NCBI GenBank assembly: GCA_025935545.1
Contig: JAICVB010000002.1
Location: 1 to 34,946 of the forward strand
Origin: Gemmatimonadales bacterium
GTDB lineage: Bacteria > Gemmatimonadota > Gemmatimonadetes > Gemmatimonadales > GWC2-71-9
Direction: 5' to 3'
Length of the DNA stretch: 34,946 bases
Within the stretch, counting starts at the first letter, position 1. Every line of letters begins with the position of its first letter. The notes under the pieces are model-generated. The model was not told the origin of the DNA. It was given only the letters and a program-made list of their open reading frames with translations, and made no database searches. This document shows positions 6,788-15,036 of this stretch, in pieces. Made by a program: the position numbers and the translations under genes.

Positions 6788-9313
6788 CTACTGCCGCGCC
6801 ACCACGATGACCGTGACGAGACTCGCGAGGAGCTGCGCAGCGGTGCCCAGCACGGCGAGCACGCTCGTGCCGCCCTGGGCGGGATCCCGGATCGGCACAT
6901 CGACCACCGCGCCCGGCAGGGGATAGGGGTTGTCGTCCGGCAGCAGGAACTTCCGATTGACCGATTGCTTCCGGCCGTTCGGCTGCGTGACGAAGGCCCG
7001 GAGCTTGTCGCCGTTCTTCGCGTACCCACCCGCCGCCCGCACGTACCAGTCGATGCTCTTCCCGGGCTGATAGGCCACCGCGCCCGGCGAGTTGACCGCC
7101 CCTCCCACCATCACCACCGGGTTGAACTCGGGGATGTTGACCGAGTCGCCCGCGGCGAGGATGAGGTTGTCGCGGTAGCGCGGGTCGCGCAGCACGCGCG
7201 GCAGGTCGAGGCCGACCCGCCCCGCGCTGTCCTGCCGGCGGAAGAACTCGATCCCGTTCGGGTACGCCTCCTTCGTCAGCCCGCCCGCGCGCTGGATGAT
7301 GTCGTTGAGCCGCTCCGTCTTGGTGCGGAGGGTGTAGGGGCCGGGATACTTCACCTGGCCCGTGATCTTCACGATGCGCGGCAGCTCCCAGTCCGGCTGG
7401 CGCAGGATGAGGAGGTTGTCGTAGGGCTGCAGCGCGATCTCAGGCGCGCCGGAGGCGGGGGCCGGGATGCCCGGCGGGCCGGCGTATTCACCGGCCGGCC
7501 CGCGGGCAAAGAGGTAGGTGGAGTCGAGCGGGACGTGGATCGTGGTGGCCAGCGCGCCCTGCGAGCGGTCCTCGGGCACGCGCGCGATCTCCGCCTCCTT
7601 GAGGTACGCGTCCTCGCTCAGGCCCTGGGCCAGCAGGATGGCGTCCCGCACCGTCATGCCCTCGCGGTAGCGGATGCGGCCCGGTCTCCGCACCGCACCG
7701 GTCACCGCTACGTACCGCTCGGGCCGGAAGGTCGTCTTCGAGAAGACGACGATCTCGTCCTCCTCCTCGAGCGCCAGGTCGTTCGTCACCCGCCCCGTCG
7801 AATCGGCGAAGGCCGACCGGAGCTGCACCCGGGTCGAATCGCTCCGGAGCCGGGACACGAGGATCTGGCCCAGGTAGACGTCCGGCTTGGTGCCGCCCGC
7901 CAGCCGGAGGGCATCGCTCAGGTGCATCCCCTCGGTCCAGCCCACGGGCCCCTCGACCCAGACGTCGCCCTTCACGGTCACGAAGTTCCGCACGCGCTCC
8001 GCCACGCTGAAGACGGTGACCGAGTCGCCGGCGAGGAGCGGCACGCCCGGGACGATGCCCGTCGCCAGCTGATCGGGGCCGACCTCGACCACCACGCGCG
8101 CGCGACCCGCCTGCCGCGCCTCCGGCGGAAGGATGCGGTGGATCTGGATCCGCTGGCGGAGCGCGTCGGCGGTGAAGCCGCCGGCATCCCGCACCACGTC
8201 GCGCAGCGTCTCGCCGGTCGTGAGCTCGTAGATGGCGGGACGCACCACCTCCCCCGTCACCTTCACGCGCCCGCCGTGCACCGGGACGAAGACGACGTCG
8301 CCGCTCTGCAGGCGGACGTCGCTGCGGTTGATGCCGTTCAGCAGGTAGCCGTAGAGGTCCACGGTGTCCACCAGCGCCGCGCCGCGCCGCACCTCGACGC
8401 GCCGGAAGTTGCCGTTGGCGGTGGGACCGCCCGCGGCGTAGAGGGCGGTAAGGACCGTACCCGCGGCGGAGATCTGGTATGCGCCCGGTCGCGCGACGTC
8501 TCCCGCGACGAAGATCTGGATGTTCCGGAGCCGGGTGACCGTGGCCTGGAAATGCGTGGTGGCGCCGGCGCCTCGGCGCACCCCCGAGTACACGCGACTG
8601 AGGCGACTGTAGAGCAGCTCGTCGAGCTGCGCCATCGTCAGGTTGGCGACGTAGAGCTGGCCCGCCTCGGGGATGACCACGAACCCGTCGCGGTTCACCT
8701 CGAGGGAATACGCGCGCTGGACGTCGCCGGTGAGGATGACCGAGAGCCGGTCGCCGGGGCCGAGCCGGTAGTTCTCGTCGACCGGCCCGGTCTGTACCGC
8801 CTGGAACTGGGTGCCCTGGTCGCGGAAGACAGAGAGCCCGAACAGCTCGAGCGGCCGGGTCCACGGCAGGCCCAGCGAGTCGGCGCGGAGCGAGTCGCGC
8901 ACCAGGGGGTCTTCGGGCCGGGGTGCTGGCGCCGCTGCCGCCGGCTGCGGCGTGGTCTGCATCGTGTCGGCTTCGGCGGAGCCCATGAGGCCCAGGGCGC
9001 GCGCCGCGTCGATCTCCCGGCCGTTGGGCGCGCCGGCTCCGGGCGTGCCGGTCAGGTAGTCGTCGAGCTCATTCTCGGGGTAGCCCATCGCGCGGAGGCG
9101 CGCACGGATCTGGTCCTGCGTGAGCCCCGACTGCTCGATCCGCTGGCGCAGCTGCTCCTGCAGCTCGGGATTGTCCCGCAGGAGCTGGCGTGCCTGCTCG
9201 GGTGACGGCAGCGACTGCGGCGTCTGGGCAGGGAGCGTGGCCGGAGCGGCGGACAGGGCCGCCACGGCGAAGGCGGCGGCGATGGTGCGAAGGCGGAGCG
9301 GGGCAGAGGGCAT
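6788..9313 (-). CDS. Polysaccharide export protein, Wza/OPX family with Poly_export domain plus about six SLBB repeats
   Basis: There is a signal peptide with no lipobox Cys. The Poly_export-like segment is LGPGDRLSVILTGDV...NRDGFVVIPEAGQLYVANLT. Six repeats fit the pattern (V/I)xGxVxxPGxYxxxxxxxLxDxIxxAGG, for example VAGDVARPGAYQI..LYAAGG, VTGEVVRPAIYEL..VRDAGG and ITGQVKYPGPYTL..IQRAGG. The C-terminal hydrophobic helix is SVLAVLGTAAQLLASLVTVIVV. Confidence 0.85.
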   Translation of the reverse strand: MPSAPLRLRTIAAAFAVAALSAAPATLPAQTPQSLPSPEQARQLLRDNPELQEQLRQRIEQSGLTQDQIRARLRAMGYPENELDDYLTGTPGAGAPNGREIDAARALGLMGSAEADTMQTTPQPAAAAPAPRPEDPLVRDSLRADSLGLPWTRPLELFGLSVFRDQGTQFQAVQTGPVDENYRLGPGDRLSVILTGDVQRAYSLEVNRDGFVVIPEAGQLYVANLTMAQLDELLYSRLSRVYSGVRRGAGATTHFQATVTRLRNIQIFVAGDVARPGAYQISAAGTVLTALYAAGGPTANGNFRRVEVRRGAALVDTVDLYGYLLNGINRSDVRLQSGDVVFVPVHGGRVKVTGEVVRPAIYELTTGETLRDVVRDAGGFTADALRQRIQIHRILPPEARQAGRARVVVEVGPDQLATGIVPGVPLLAGDSVTVFSVAERVRNFVTVKGDVWVEGPVGWTEGMHLSDALRLAGGTKPDVYLGQILVSRLRSDSTRVQLRSAFADSTGRVTNDLALEEEDEIVVFSKTTFRPERYVAVTGAVRRPGRIRYREGMTVRDAILLAQGLSEDAYLKEAEIARVPEDRSQGALATTIHVPLDSTYLFARGPAGEYAGPPGIPAPASGAPEIALQPYDNLLILRQPDWELPRIVKITGQVKYPGPYTLRTKTERLNDIIQRAGGLTKEAYPNGIEFFRRQDSAGRVGLDLPRVLRDPRYRDNLILAAGDSVNIPEFNPVVMVGGAVNSPGAVAYQPGKSIDWYVRAAGGYAKNGDKLRAFVTQPNGRKQSVNRKFLLPDDNPYPLPGAVVDVPIRDPAQGGTSVLAVLGTAAQLLASLVTVIVVARQ

Positions 9314-9346
9314 GGAGGCCGAAGATGATGTCTAAGTAGCTGGATG

Positions 9347-10462
9347 TCAAACGCTTGCGCGTTGAGAAGCGACGTCATGCCAGAAGTCGAGCTGGCGCCG
9401 GGCCACTGCGTCGCTGGCGAATACGGCCATCGCGCGGCGCCGTCCTTCGGCACCGAGCCGCGCCCGCTCCGTCGGGTCGTCGAGCAGGGTCTGGAGTGCC
9501 TCCGCCAGCGACGCGGTATCGTCTTCCGCCACGACGATGCCGCCAGGTCCCACCGTTTCAGCGAGGGCGCCGGTGCTGGAGACGACGACCGGGATGCCGC
9601 GCGCCATGGCCTCGATCGCGACGGGGCCCTGGATCTCAACCCAGTCGCGCGTCGCGCGGGAGGGCACGGACACGCAGTTCACGCGCGCCCAGACGGCGCC
9701 GTGGTCCGACCGCGGGAGCGCGCCGTGCCACGTGATCCGCGCGGAGATGCCGAGCCGCTCGGCGAGCTGCTCGAGCTCGAGCAGGGCCGGCCCGGTCCCC
9801 ACCACGTCGATGGTCCAGCTGCCGAGCACCTTCACGGCGGCGCGGAAGAGGAAGTCGAGACCCTTCTCCGGGATGAGCCGCCCGAAGAAGGCGATGGCGA
9901 GGGGGCCTCCCAGCCGGCTCGCGGCCGGTGGAACCGACGCGCCGATCTGCGGAATGACCGCGACCGGCAACGCGGGCTCCGCGCGGGCGATCAGCGCGGC
10001 GGCCTCGGCGTTGCCGGCAACGGCGCCCGCGGCAGCGTGGAGGACACGCCGGCGGCGGATGCGCTGCCGCAGGGTGTCGCGCCGCGGCAGGGTCTGCCAG
10101 CTGAAGATCGTCACGGGGATCCGGAGGCGTCGCGCCTCCGCCACGATCCGGGCAGTTGCAAGCGACCAGGGGGCTTCCTCGACCTGCACCAGGTCGGGAC
10201 GGAAATCCTTGAGCAGGCGACGAAGCGCGCGACGATCCCACACCACGGTGTCCGGGTCGGTGGGGTCGCCGCGGACGGGCACCGGGACGATCCGGACGCC
10301 GGCATCGTCGTCCCAGTCGGTGACGGTCGTTCCGGCGCCCTGGGGCGTGGACCAGCGCGCGGGCACGGCGGCTGCCACGGTGCAGCCGAGCGCGGTGAGC
10401 GCCCGCAGCTTGCCGCGGTTGCCCCGGGCAACGTAGGTGTGCGACACGAGAATGACGCGCAT
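9347..10462 (-). CDS. Glycosyltransferase family 4 (GT-B)
   Basis: The N-terminus MRVILVSHTY is typical. The E-x7-E motif EIQGPVAIEAMARGIPVV is present. It is co-directional with the downstream exporter gene, 33 nt away. An alternative GTG start lies at 10495. Confidence 0.8.
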   Translation of the reverse strand: MRVILVSHTYVARGNRGKLRALTALGCTVAAAVPARWSTPQGAGTTVTDWDDDAGVRIVPVPVRGDPTDPDTVVWDRRALRRLLKDFRPDLVQVEEAPWSLATARIVAEARRLRIPVTIFSWQTLPRRDTLRQRIRRRRVLHAAAGAVAGNAEAAALIARAEPALPVAVIPQIGASVPPAASRLGGPLAIAFFGRLIPEKGLDFLFRAAVKVLGSWTIDVVGTGPALLELEQLAERLGISARITWHGALPRSDHGAVWARVNCVSVPSRATRDWVEIQGPVAIEAMARGIPVVVSSTGALAETVGPGGIVVAEDDTASLAEALQTLLDDPTERARLGAEGRRRAMAVFASDAVARRQLDFWHDVASQRASV

Positions 10463-10587
10463 TGGCGTGCGGAAACATGGGGGGCATGGCGTCACCGTCC
10501 AAGCCCGGGCGGCCGGCGCATTCGGTTGACGTGATCACCGCCCGCGGCCAACTTGGCGGCACCTCGATTCCTTCACCGGGCCGGCGC

Positions 10588-11682
10588 ATGCGCATCCTGC
10601 ACCTCGCGAAGTACTACTGGCCGCGCTCCGGCGGCATGGAGCGCGTGGTGCAGGACCTCGCGGAGGGGGCGTCGCTGCTGGGCCACCAGGTCGAGGTCGT
10701 GGCGGTCCAGGGCTTCGGGCGCGGCGCGGGCACGTCGCGCCACCGCACGCCGGTCACCCGGGCGTTTTCATTCGGGGCCCTGGGATCGCAGGAGATCGCG
10801 CCGGGGTACATCGCCGCCGCGTGGAAGCGGGCCGACATCATCCACGTCCACCATCCGCACTCCCTCGCGGACGTGGCCTGCCTCCTCCGGGCCGGGCGCA
10901 CGCCCGTCGTGGTCACCCAGCACGCCGACGCCAAGCGAGCCATGTACCGGCCCATCGCGCGGCTGGTCCTTCGCCGGGCCCGCGCCGTCGTGGTGCCGAG
11001 CCAGGCGCACCTCGCGCTGTCGGCGGAGCTGCGCGGCTTCGAGGGGAAGGTGCAGGTCATTCCGTTCGGGATCGACGAGGGGCGCTGGAACGTGGTGCCG
11101 CCGCCGCCGCCGGGGGCACCGCCCCGGGCCCTCTTCATCGGCCGGCTCCTGCCGTTCAAGGGCGTCGACCTCCTGCTCCGCGCCCTCGAGCGGGTGCCGG
11201 AGCTCCGACTCGACATCGTGGGCGGCGGCCCCGAGATGTCGCGGCTCCGGACGCTGGCCCAGGCCCTCGCGGTGGGCGACCGGGTTCGCTGGTTCGGCGA
11301 GTATCCCGACGAGGACCTCACCCGCCGGATGGCGGACGCCGACTTCCTCGTGCTGCCCTCGGTCACGGTCGAGGAGATGTTCGGCCTCGTCGTCCTCGAG
11401 GCCATGGCCGCCGGCCGCCCGGTGATCACGACCGCGGTCCCCAGCGCCGTGCGAGAAGTGAACCTCCCGGGCGTCACCGGACTGGAAGTGCCGCTCCGCG
11501 ATGTGGGAGCCCTGGCCGCCGCACTCGATACGCTGGCCCACGACCCGCATCGCCGTCAGGCCATGGGCGAGGCGGGACGAGCCCGGGTGCGCGACCAGTT
11601 CACCCGGGCCCTGATGGCGGAGCGGCACATCGCGCTCTACCAGCGGGTGCTGGCCGGGACAGCCCCTTACGGGGCGGCATAG
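10588..11682 (+). CDS. Glycosyltransferase family 4 (GT-B)
   Basis: The N-terminus is MRILHLAKYYWPRSGGMERVV and the E-x7-E motif is EEMFGLVVLEAMAAGRPVI. It is divergent from the preceding GT across a 125-nt spacer. Confidence 0.85.
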   Translation: MRILHLAKYYWPRSGGMERVVQDLAEGASLLGHQVEVVAVQGFGRGAGTSRHRTPVTRAFSFGALGSQEIAPGYIAAAWKRADIIHVHHPHSLADVACLLRAGRTPVVVTQHADAKRAMYRPIARLVLRRARAVVVPSQAHLALSAELRGFEGKVQVIPFGIDEGRWNVVPPPPPGAPPRALFIGRLLPFKGVDLLLRALERVPELRLDIVGGGPEMSRLRTLAQALAVGDRVRWFGEYPDEDLTRRMADADFLVLPSVTVEEMFGLVVLEAMAAGRPVITTAVPSAVREVNLPGVTGLEVPLRDVGALAAALDTLAHDPHRRQAMGEAGRARVRDQFTRALMAERHIALYQRVLAGTAPYGAA

Positions 11683-11800
11683 AGCATGCGACGGGGCAGG
11701 TGGCTTCGTACCATTGCCTCCCGGGGGCGGCTATATTCGCGGTCTGGGCGCGGAGTTACGACGTCGGCAGGGGCGGCGGCAAACGCGAGGAGGGAAGTGC

Positions 11801-13444
11801 TTGGAACCGGTGCGGAGCGCGAGTCGGGACGGCGATGAGATCGGCGGCGGGCCCTCGGCCGCCGCCGCCACACTGCTCCCCGAGTCTCCCGCGGGCCAGC
11901 TTCGCAAGCCGCAGGCGCCGTCCCGCCCAGCCCCCCCCACCGAAGCAGACGAGCACCTCCGGGTCCGACTGGGACTCCAGCGCCGCGCCTCGTCCAACGT
12001 CCGCCGCCACGTCGTCCGGTCCGCCCGCCGTCTGTCGGTCCTCTTCCTCGCCGACCTCACCGCGGTCTGCGGGGTGGATCTCCTGCTCCGCGCGATCCGG
12101 GACGGCGGGATCCTGGGCGACCGCGTGGCCGCGCTGGCGGTCGCCGCCTTCCCCAGCGGCGCCATCACGAGCCCGCCGTACCTCGTGGCGCTCTTCCTCA
12201 CCCTGTTCATCACCGGCAACTACGGCACGGGCGACCAGCGCCGAAGCCCCCGCCGCCTCTTCGGCGCGGCCTGGCTCGCGGCGCTGCTCCAGGTCTGGAC
12301 CGCGGTCTGGTCCACCGGCTTCGGCCTCGGCGCCCTCCAGTACTTCTGCACCGCGGCGGTGGTCTGGAACGCGCTCCTCCTCGACCGGCTCACGGTGGAC
12401 CGGATCGTGGCGTGGCTCTCGCCGCCCGACTCGCACGCCGCGCGGACCGTGTTCGTGGGGCCGGCGGAGGACTGCCGTGAGGCCGCCGCGCACCCCGCGT
12501 TCCGGGGGGGCGGGGAGTATGCGCAGAAGGGATTCCTCGATTTGCGCTCGCCGGCCGCCCCCGACGCGGTGGGCGCCATCGGCGACCTGCCGCGGCTCCT
12601 GCACGACGCGCACGTGGAGGCGGTCGTGGTCTGCGGCTACCTGCCGGACCGCGAGCTGCAGGATGTGGTGAACATCTCGCTCGCGGCGGGGTGCCAGCTG
12701 CTGTCCGTCCCGCGCTCGATCGAGGTGGCGGGTGTGCATCCGTCGCTCGTGTGGCGCCGCGGGCGGCCGCTCATGGAGCTGACCGCGCCGAAGCTGCAGG
12801 GGCACCAGCTCGCGCTCAAGCGCGCGGTGGACATCGCCGGCGCCACTGTCGGCCTGGTCGTCCTCTCGCCGCTGCTTGCGCTCGTGGCACTGGCGGTGGC
12901 CCTCGACTCGCCGGGGCCCGTCTTCTTCCGGCAGGAGCGGATCGGCGTGGGCGGGCGGCGCTTTCGCGTCTGGAAGTTCCGCACCATGCAGCACGGTGCC
13001 TCCGACAGCTCGCACCGCGACCTCGTGACGCGCATGCTCGCCGGCGACGAGGAGGGCACCCGCCAGACCGGCGCCGACGGCCGCGAGGTCTTCAAGCTGG
13101 TGAACGATCCGCGGGTGACCCGCCTGGGCGCGCTCCTCCGGCGCACCTCGCTCGACGAGCTGCCCCAGCTCATCAACGTCCTGACCGGCGAGATGAGCCT
13201 GGTGGGACCGCGGCCGCCGGTGCCCTACGAATTCGAGGCCTACGACCACTGGCAGTTCGACCGGCTGCAGGTGCGGCCGGGCATCACCGGCCTCTGGCAG
13301 GTGTCGGGCCGGAACCTCCTCTCCTACCGCCAGATGTGCGAGCTCGACGTCGAGTACGTGCGGCGCTGGTCGGTGGGGCTCGATCTCAGGATCCTCTGCC
13401 GCACGATTCCCGTCGTCCTGTTCAACTCCGGCCGCGCCGCGTAG
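11801..13444 (+). CDS. Undecaprenyl-phosphate sugar phosphotransferase (WbaP/EpsB-type initiating enzyme, Bac_transf)
   Basis: There are N-terminal TM helices and a central Rossmann-like segment (RTVFVGPAED...VEAVVVCG). The C-terminal catalytic domain has PGPVFFRQERIGVGGRRFRVWKFRTM and DELPQLINVLTGEMSLVGPRP. I prefer TTG 11801 because GGAGG (11789-11793) lies 7 nt upstream. Alternative starts are TTG 11714 and GTG 11810. Confidence 0.85.
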   Translation: MEPVRSASRDGDEIGGGPSAAAATLLPESPAGQLRKPQAPSRPAPPTEADEHLRVRLGLQRRASSNVRRHVVRSARRLSVLFLADLTAVCGVDLLLRAIRDGGILGDRVAALAVAAFPSGAITSPPYLVALFLTLFITGNYGTGDQRRSPRRLFGAAWLAALLQVWTAVWSTGFGLGALQYFCTAAVVWNALLLDRLTVDRIVAWLSPPDSHAARTVFVGPAEDCREAAAHPAFRGGGEYAQKGFLDLRSPAAPDAVGAIGDLPRLLHDAHVEAVVVCGYLPDRELQDVVNISLAAGCQLLSVPRSIEVAGVHPSLVWRRGRPLMELTAPKLQGHQLALKRAVDIAGATVGLVVLSPLLALVALAVALDSPGPVFFRQERIGVGGRRFRVWKFRTMQHGASDSSHRDLVTRMLAGDEEGTRQTGADGREVFKLVNDPRVTRLGALLRRTSLDELPQLINVLTGEMSLVGPRPPVPYEFEAYDHWQFDRLQVRPGITGLWQVSGRNLLSYRQMCELDVEYVRRWSVGLDLRILCRTIPVVLFNSGRAA

Positions 13445-13466
13445 CGCGGCCCCACGCGGGCTCTCG

Positions 13467-14504
13467 ATGAAGACCTATGGCGTAGGCGTGATCGGGTGCG
13501 GCTACTGGGGGCCCAACCTGGTGCGGAACTTCGCGCGCAACCCGCGGACGCAGGTCCTCGCGGTGTGCGATTCGCGGCACGAGCGCGCCGCGAAAGTCGG
13601 CGCCGAGTATCGCGTGCCCGTCGTGACCGACCAGGTGCGGGAGCTGATCGCGGCGCCCGGCATCGATCTCGTCGTCGTGGCGACGCCGTCCTTCACGCAC
13701 TTCGAGCTGGCCCGCGAGGCGCTCGAGGCGGGGAGGCACGTGCTCGTCATGAAGCCGCTTACCACCACGAGCGAGCACGCGGAGGAGCTGTGCCAGCTGG
13801 CGCACCGGCAGGGGCTCCTCCTCGCCGTGGACCACACCTTCGTCTTCACCGGTGCCGTCCGCCACATGCGGTCGCTCATCGAGTCGGGCGAGGTGGGCGA
13901 CCTCTACTACTTCGATTCGGTGCGCATCAACCTGGGCCTCATCCAGACCGACGTGAACGTCGTCTGGGACCTGGCGCCGCACGACGTCTCGATCATGGAT
14001 TACCTGATCGGCCAGGAGCCGGCCAGCGTGGCGGCGCAGGCGGCAGGGCACGGCGGAAGCCCCACCGAGAACATCGCCTACCTGACCGTGCGCTACGCCG
14101 GCTCGCTGCTCGGCGCGGTGCACGTCAACTGGCTGGCGCCCGCCAAGGTGCGGCGGACGATCGTCGGTGGCTCCAAGCGCATGATGATCTACGATGACAT
14201 GGAGCCGAGCGAGAAGCTCAAGGTCTACGACAAGGGCGTGTCGATCTCGAGCGACCCGAGCGACGAGTATCAGTTCATGATCTCCTACCGGTCGGGCGAC
14301 ATGCATGCGCCCCGCCTCGACACCCGCGAGGCGCTCGCCGTGGAGGCCGACAACATCGTGGCCGCGATGGACGGGCGCGAGCCCCTGGTGTCCGACGGCC
14401 GCGCCGGCCTCCGCGTCGTGCGGATCCTGGAGGCGGCCCAGCGGTCAATCGAGCAGGGCGGCGTGCTGATCTCGCTCAACGGCGTGCCGGCGGCGGCCGG
14501 GTGA
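13467..14504 (+). CDS. Gfo/Idh/MocA oxidoreductase, WlbA/WbpB-like UDP-sugar 3-dehydrogenase
   Basis: The N-terminal Rossmann motif is GVIGCGYWGPNLVRNF. The VMKPL motif is present. The context is the classic oxidoreductase / LbH acetyltransferase / DegT aminotransferase trio. Confidence 0.8.
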   Translation: MKTYGVGVIGCGYWGPNLVRNFARNPRTQVLAVCDSRHERAAKVGAEYRVPVVTDQVRELIAAPGIDLVVVATPSFTHFELAREALEAGRHVLVMKPLTTTSEHAEELCQLAHRQGLLLAVDHTFVFTGAVRHMRSLIESGEVGDLYYFDSVRINLGLIQTDVNVVWDLAPHDVSIMDYLIGQEPASVAAQAAGHGGSPTENIAYLTVRYAGSLLGAVHVNWLAPAKVRRTIVGGSKRMMIYDDMEPSEKLKVYDKGVSISSDPSDEYQFMISYRSGDMHAPRLDTREALAVEADNIVAAMDGREPLVSDGRAGLRVVRILEAAQRSIEQGGVLISLNGVPAAAG

Positions 14505-15016
14505 CGCCGGAGCCGGGCCGGGCCGAGCGCGACGAGCTGCTCCGCCGCGTGGCTCCCGACGTGCGGCTGGGGCGTGGTGTCCGGATGTACGCCTTCGTCA
14601 ACCTGTATGGCTGCACCATCGGCGACGAGACCTCGATCGGCACCTTCGTCGAGATCCAGAAGGGCGTGGTCATCGGCGCGCGCTGCAAGATCCAGAGCCA
14701 CAGCTTCATCTGCGAGGGCGTGACGATCGAGGACGAGGTCTTCGTCGGTCACAACGTCAACTTCATCAACGACACGTACCCCCGGGCCACCACCGGAGGC
14801 GCACGGCAGACGGAGGCCGACTGGACGCTGGTCCCCACGGTCGTGCGCCGCGGCGCTTCGCTCGGCACCGGCTCCACCATCCTCGGCGGCGTGACCATCG
14901 GCGAGGACGCGATCGTCGGGGCCGGGTCGGTGGTCACGCGCGACGTGCCGCCCCGCGCGGTCGTCGCCGGCAACCCCGCACGCCTCCTCCGCACGCTCCC
15001 CGACGCGGGCGGCTGA
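14501..15016 (+). CDS. Hexapeptide-repeat (LbH) N-acetyltransferase, WlbB/WbpD-like
   Basis: IGARCKIQSHSFICEGVTIEDEVFVGHNVNFIND and GVTIGEDAIVGAGSVVTRDVPPRAVVAGNPARL resemble WbpD. The GTG start overlaps the upstream stop (GTGA). Confidence 0.8.
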   Translation: MTPEPGRAERDELLRRVAPDVRLGRGVRMYAFVNLYGCTIGDETSIGTFVEIQKGVVIGARCKIQSHSFICEGVTIEDEVFVGHNVNFINDTYPRATTGGARQTEADWTLVPTVVRRGASLGTGSTILGGVTIGEDAIVGAGSVVTRDVPPRAVVAGNPARLLRTLPDAGG

Positions 15017-15036
15017 CGGCGGCTCGCGGTCGCGTC

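Noticed and set aside
6764-6795. A possible bidirectional terminator between convergent hflX and the exporter gene (GGCAG...CTGCC, with the inner palindrome ccgccggcgg).
   Set aside because: The outer stem is only 5 bp with a ~21-nt loop. The inner palindrome cannot form a stable hairpin because it has no loop. There is no U-tract.
11714-11737. TTG 11714 as the start of the initiating sugar transferase, and TTGCCT-N12-TATATT as a promoter.
   Set aside because: The 12-nt spacer is too short for a sigma70-type promoter. The first ~30 codons from 11714 are Arg/Gly-rich with no Shine-Dalgarno, whereas TTG 11801 has GGAGG 7 nt upstream. The AT-rich TATATT hexamer may still be a -10 element but is unsupported.
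11683-11800. Checked the larger non-coding gaps (11683-11800, 16213-16303, 10463-10587, 4673-4903, 3386-3505) for tRNA, small RNA or riboswitch-like structure.
   Set aside because: No cloverleaf-compatible arms or conserved riboswitch cores were recognisable by eye. Only the 3462-3483 hairpin and the Ada-box candidate stood out.
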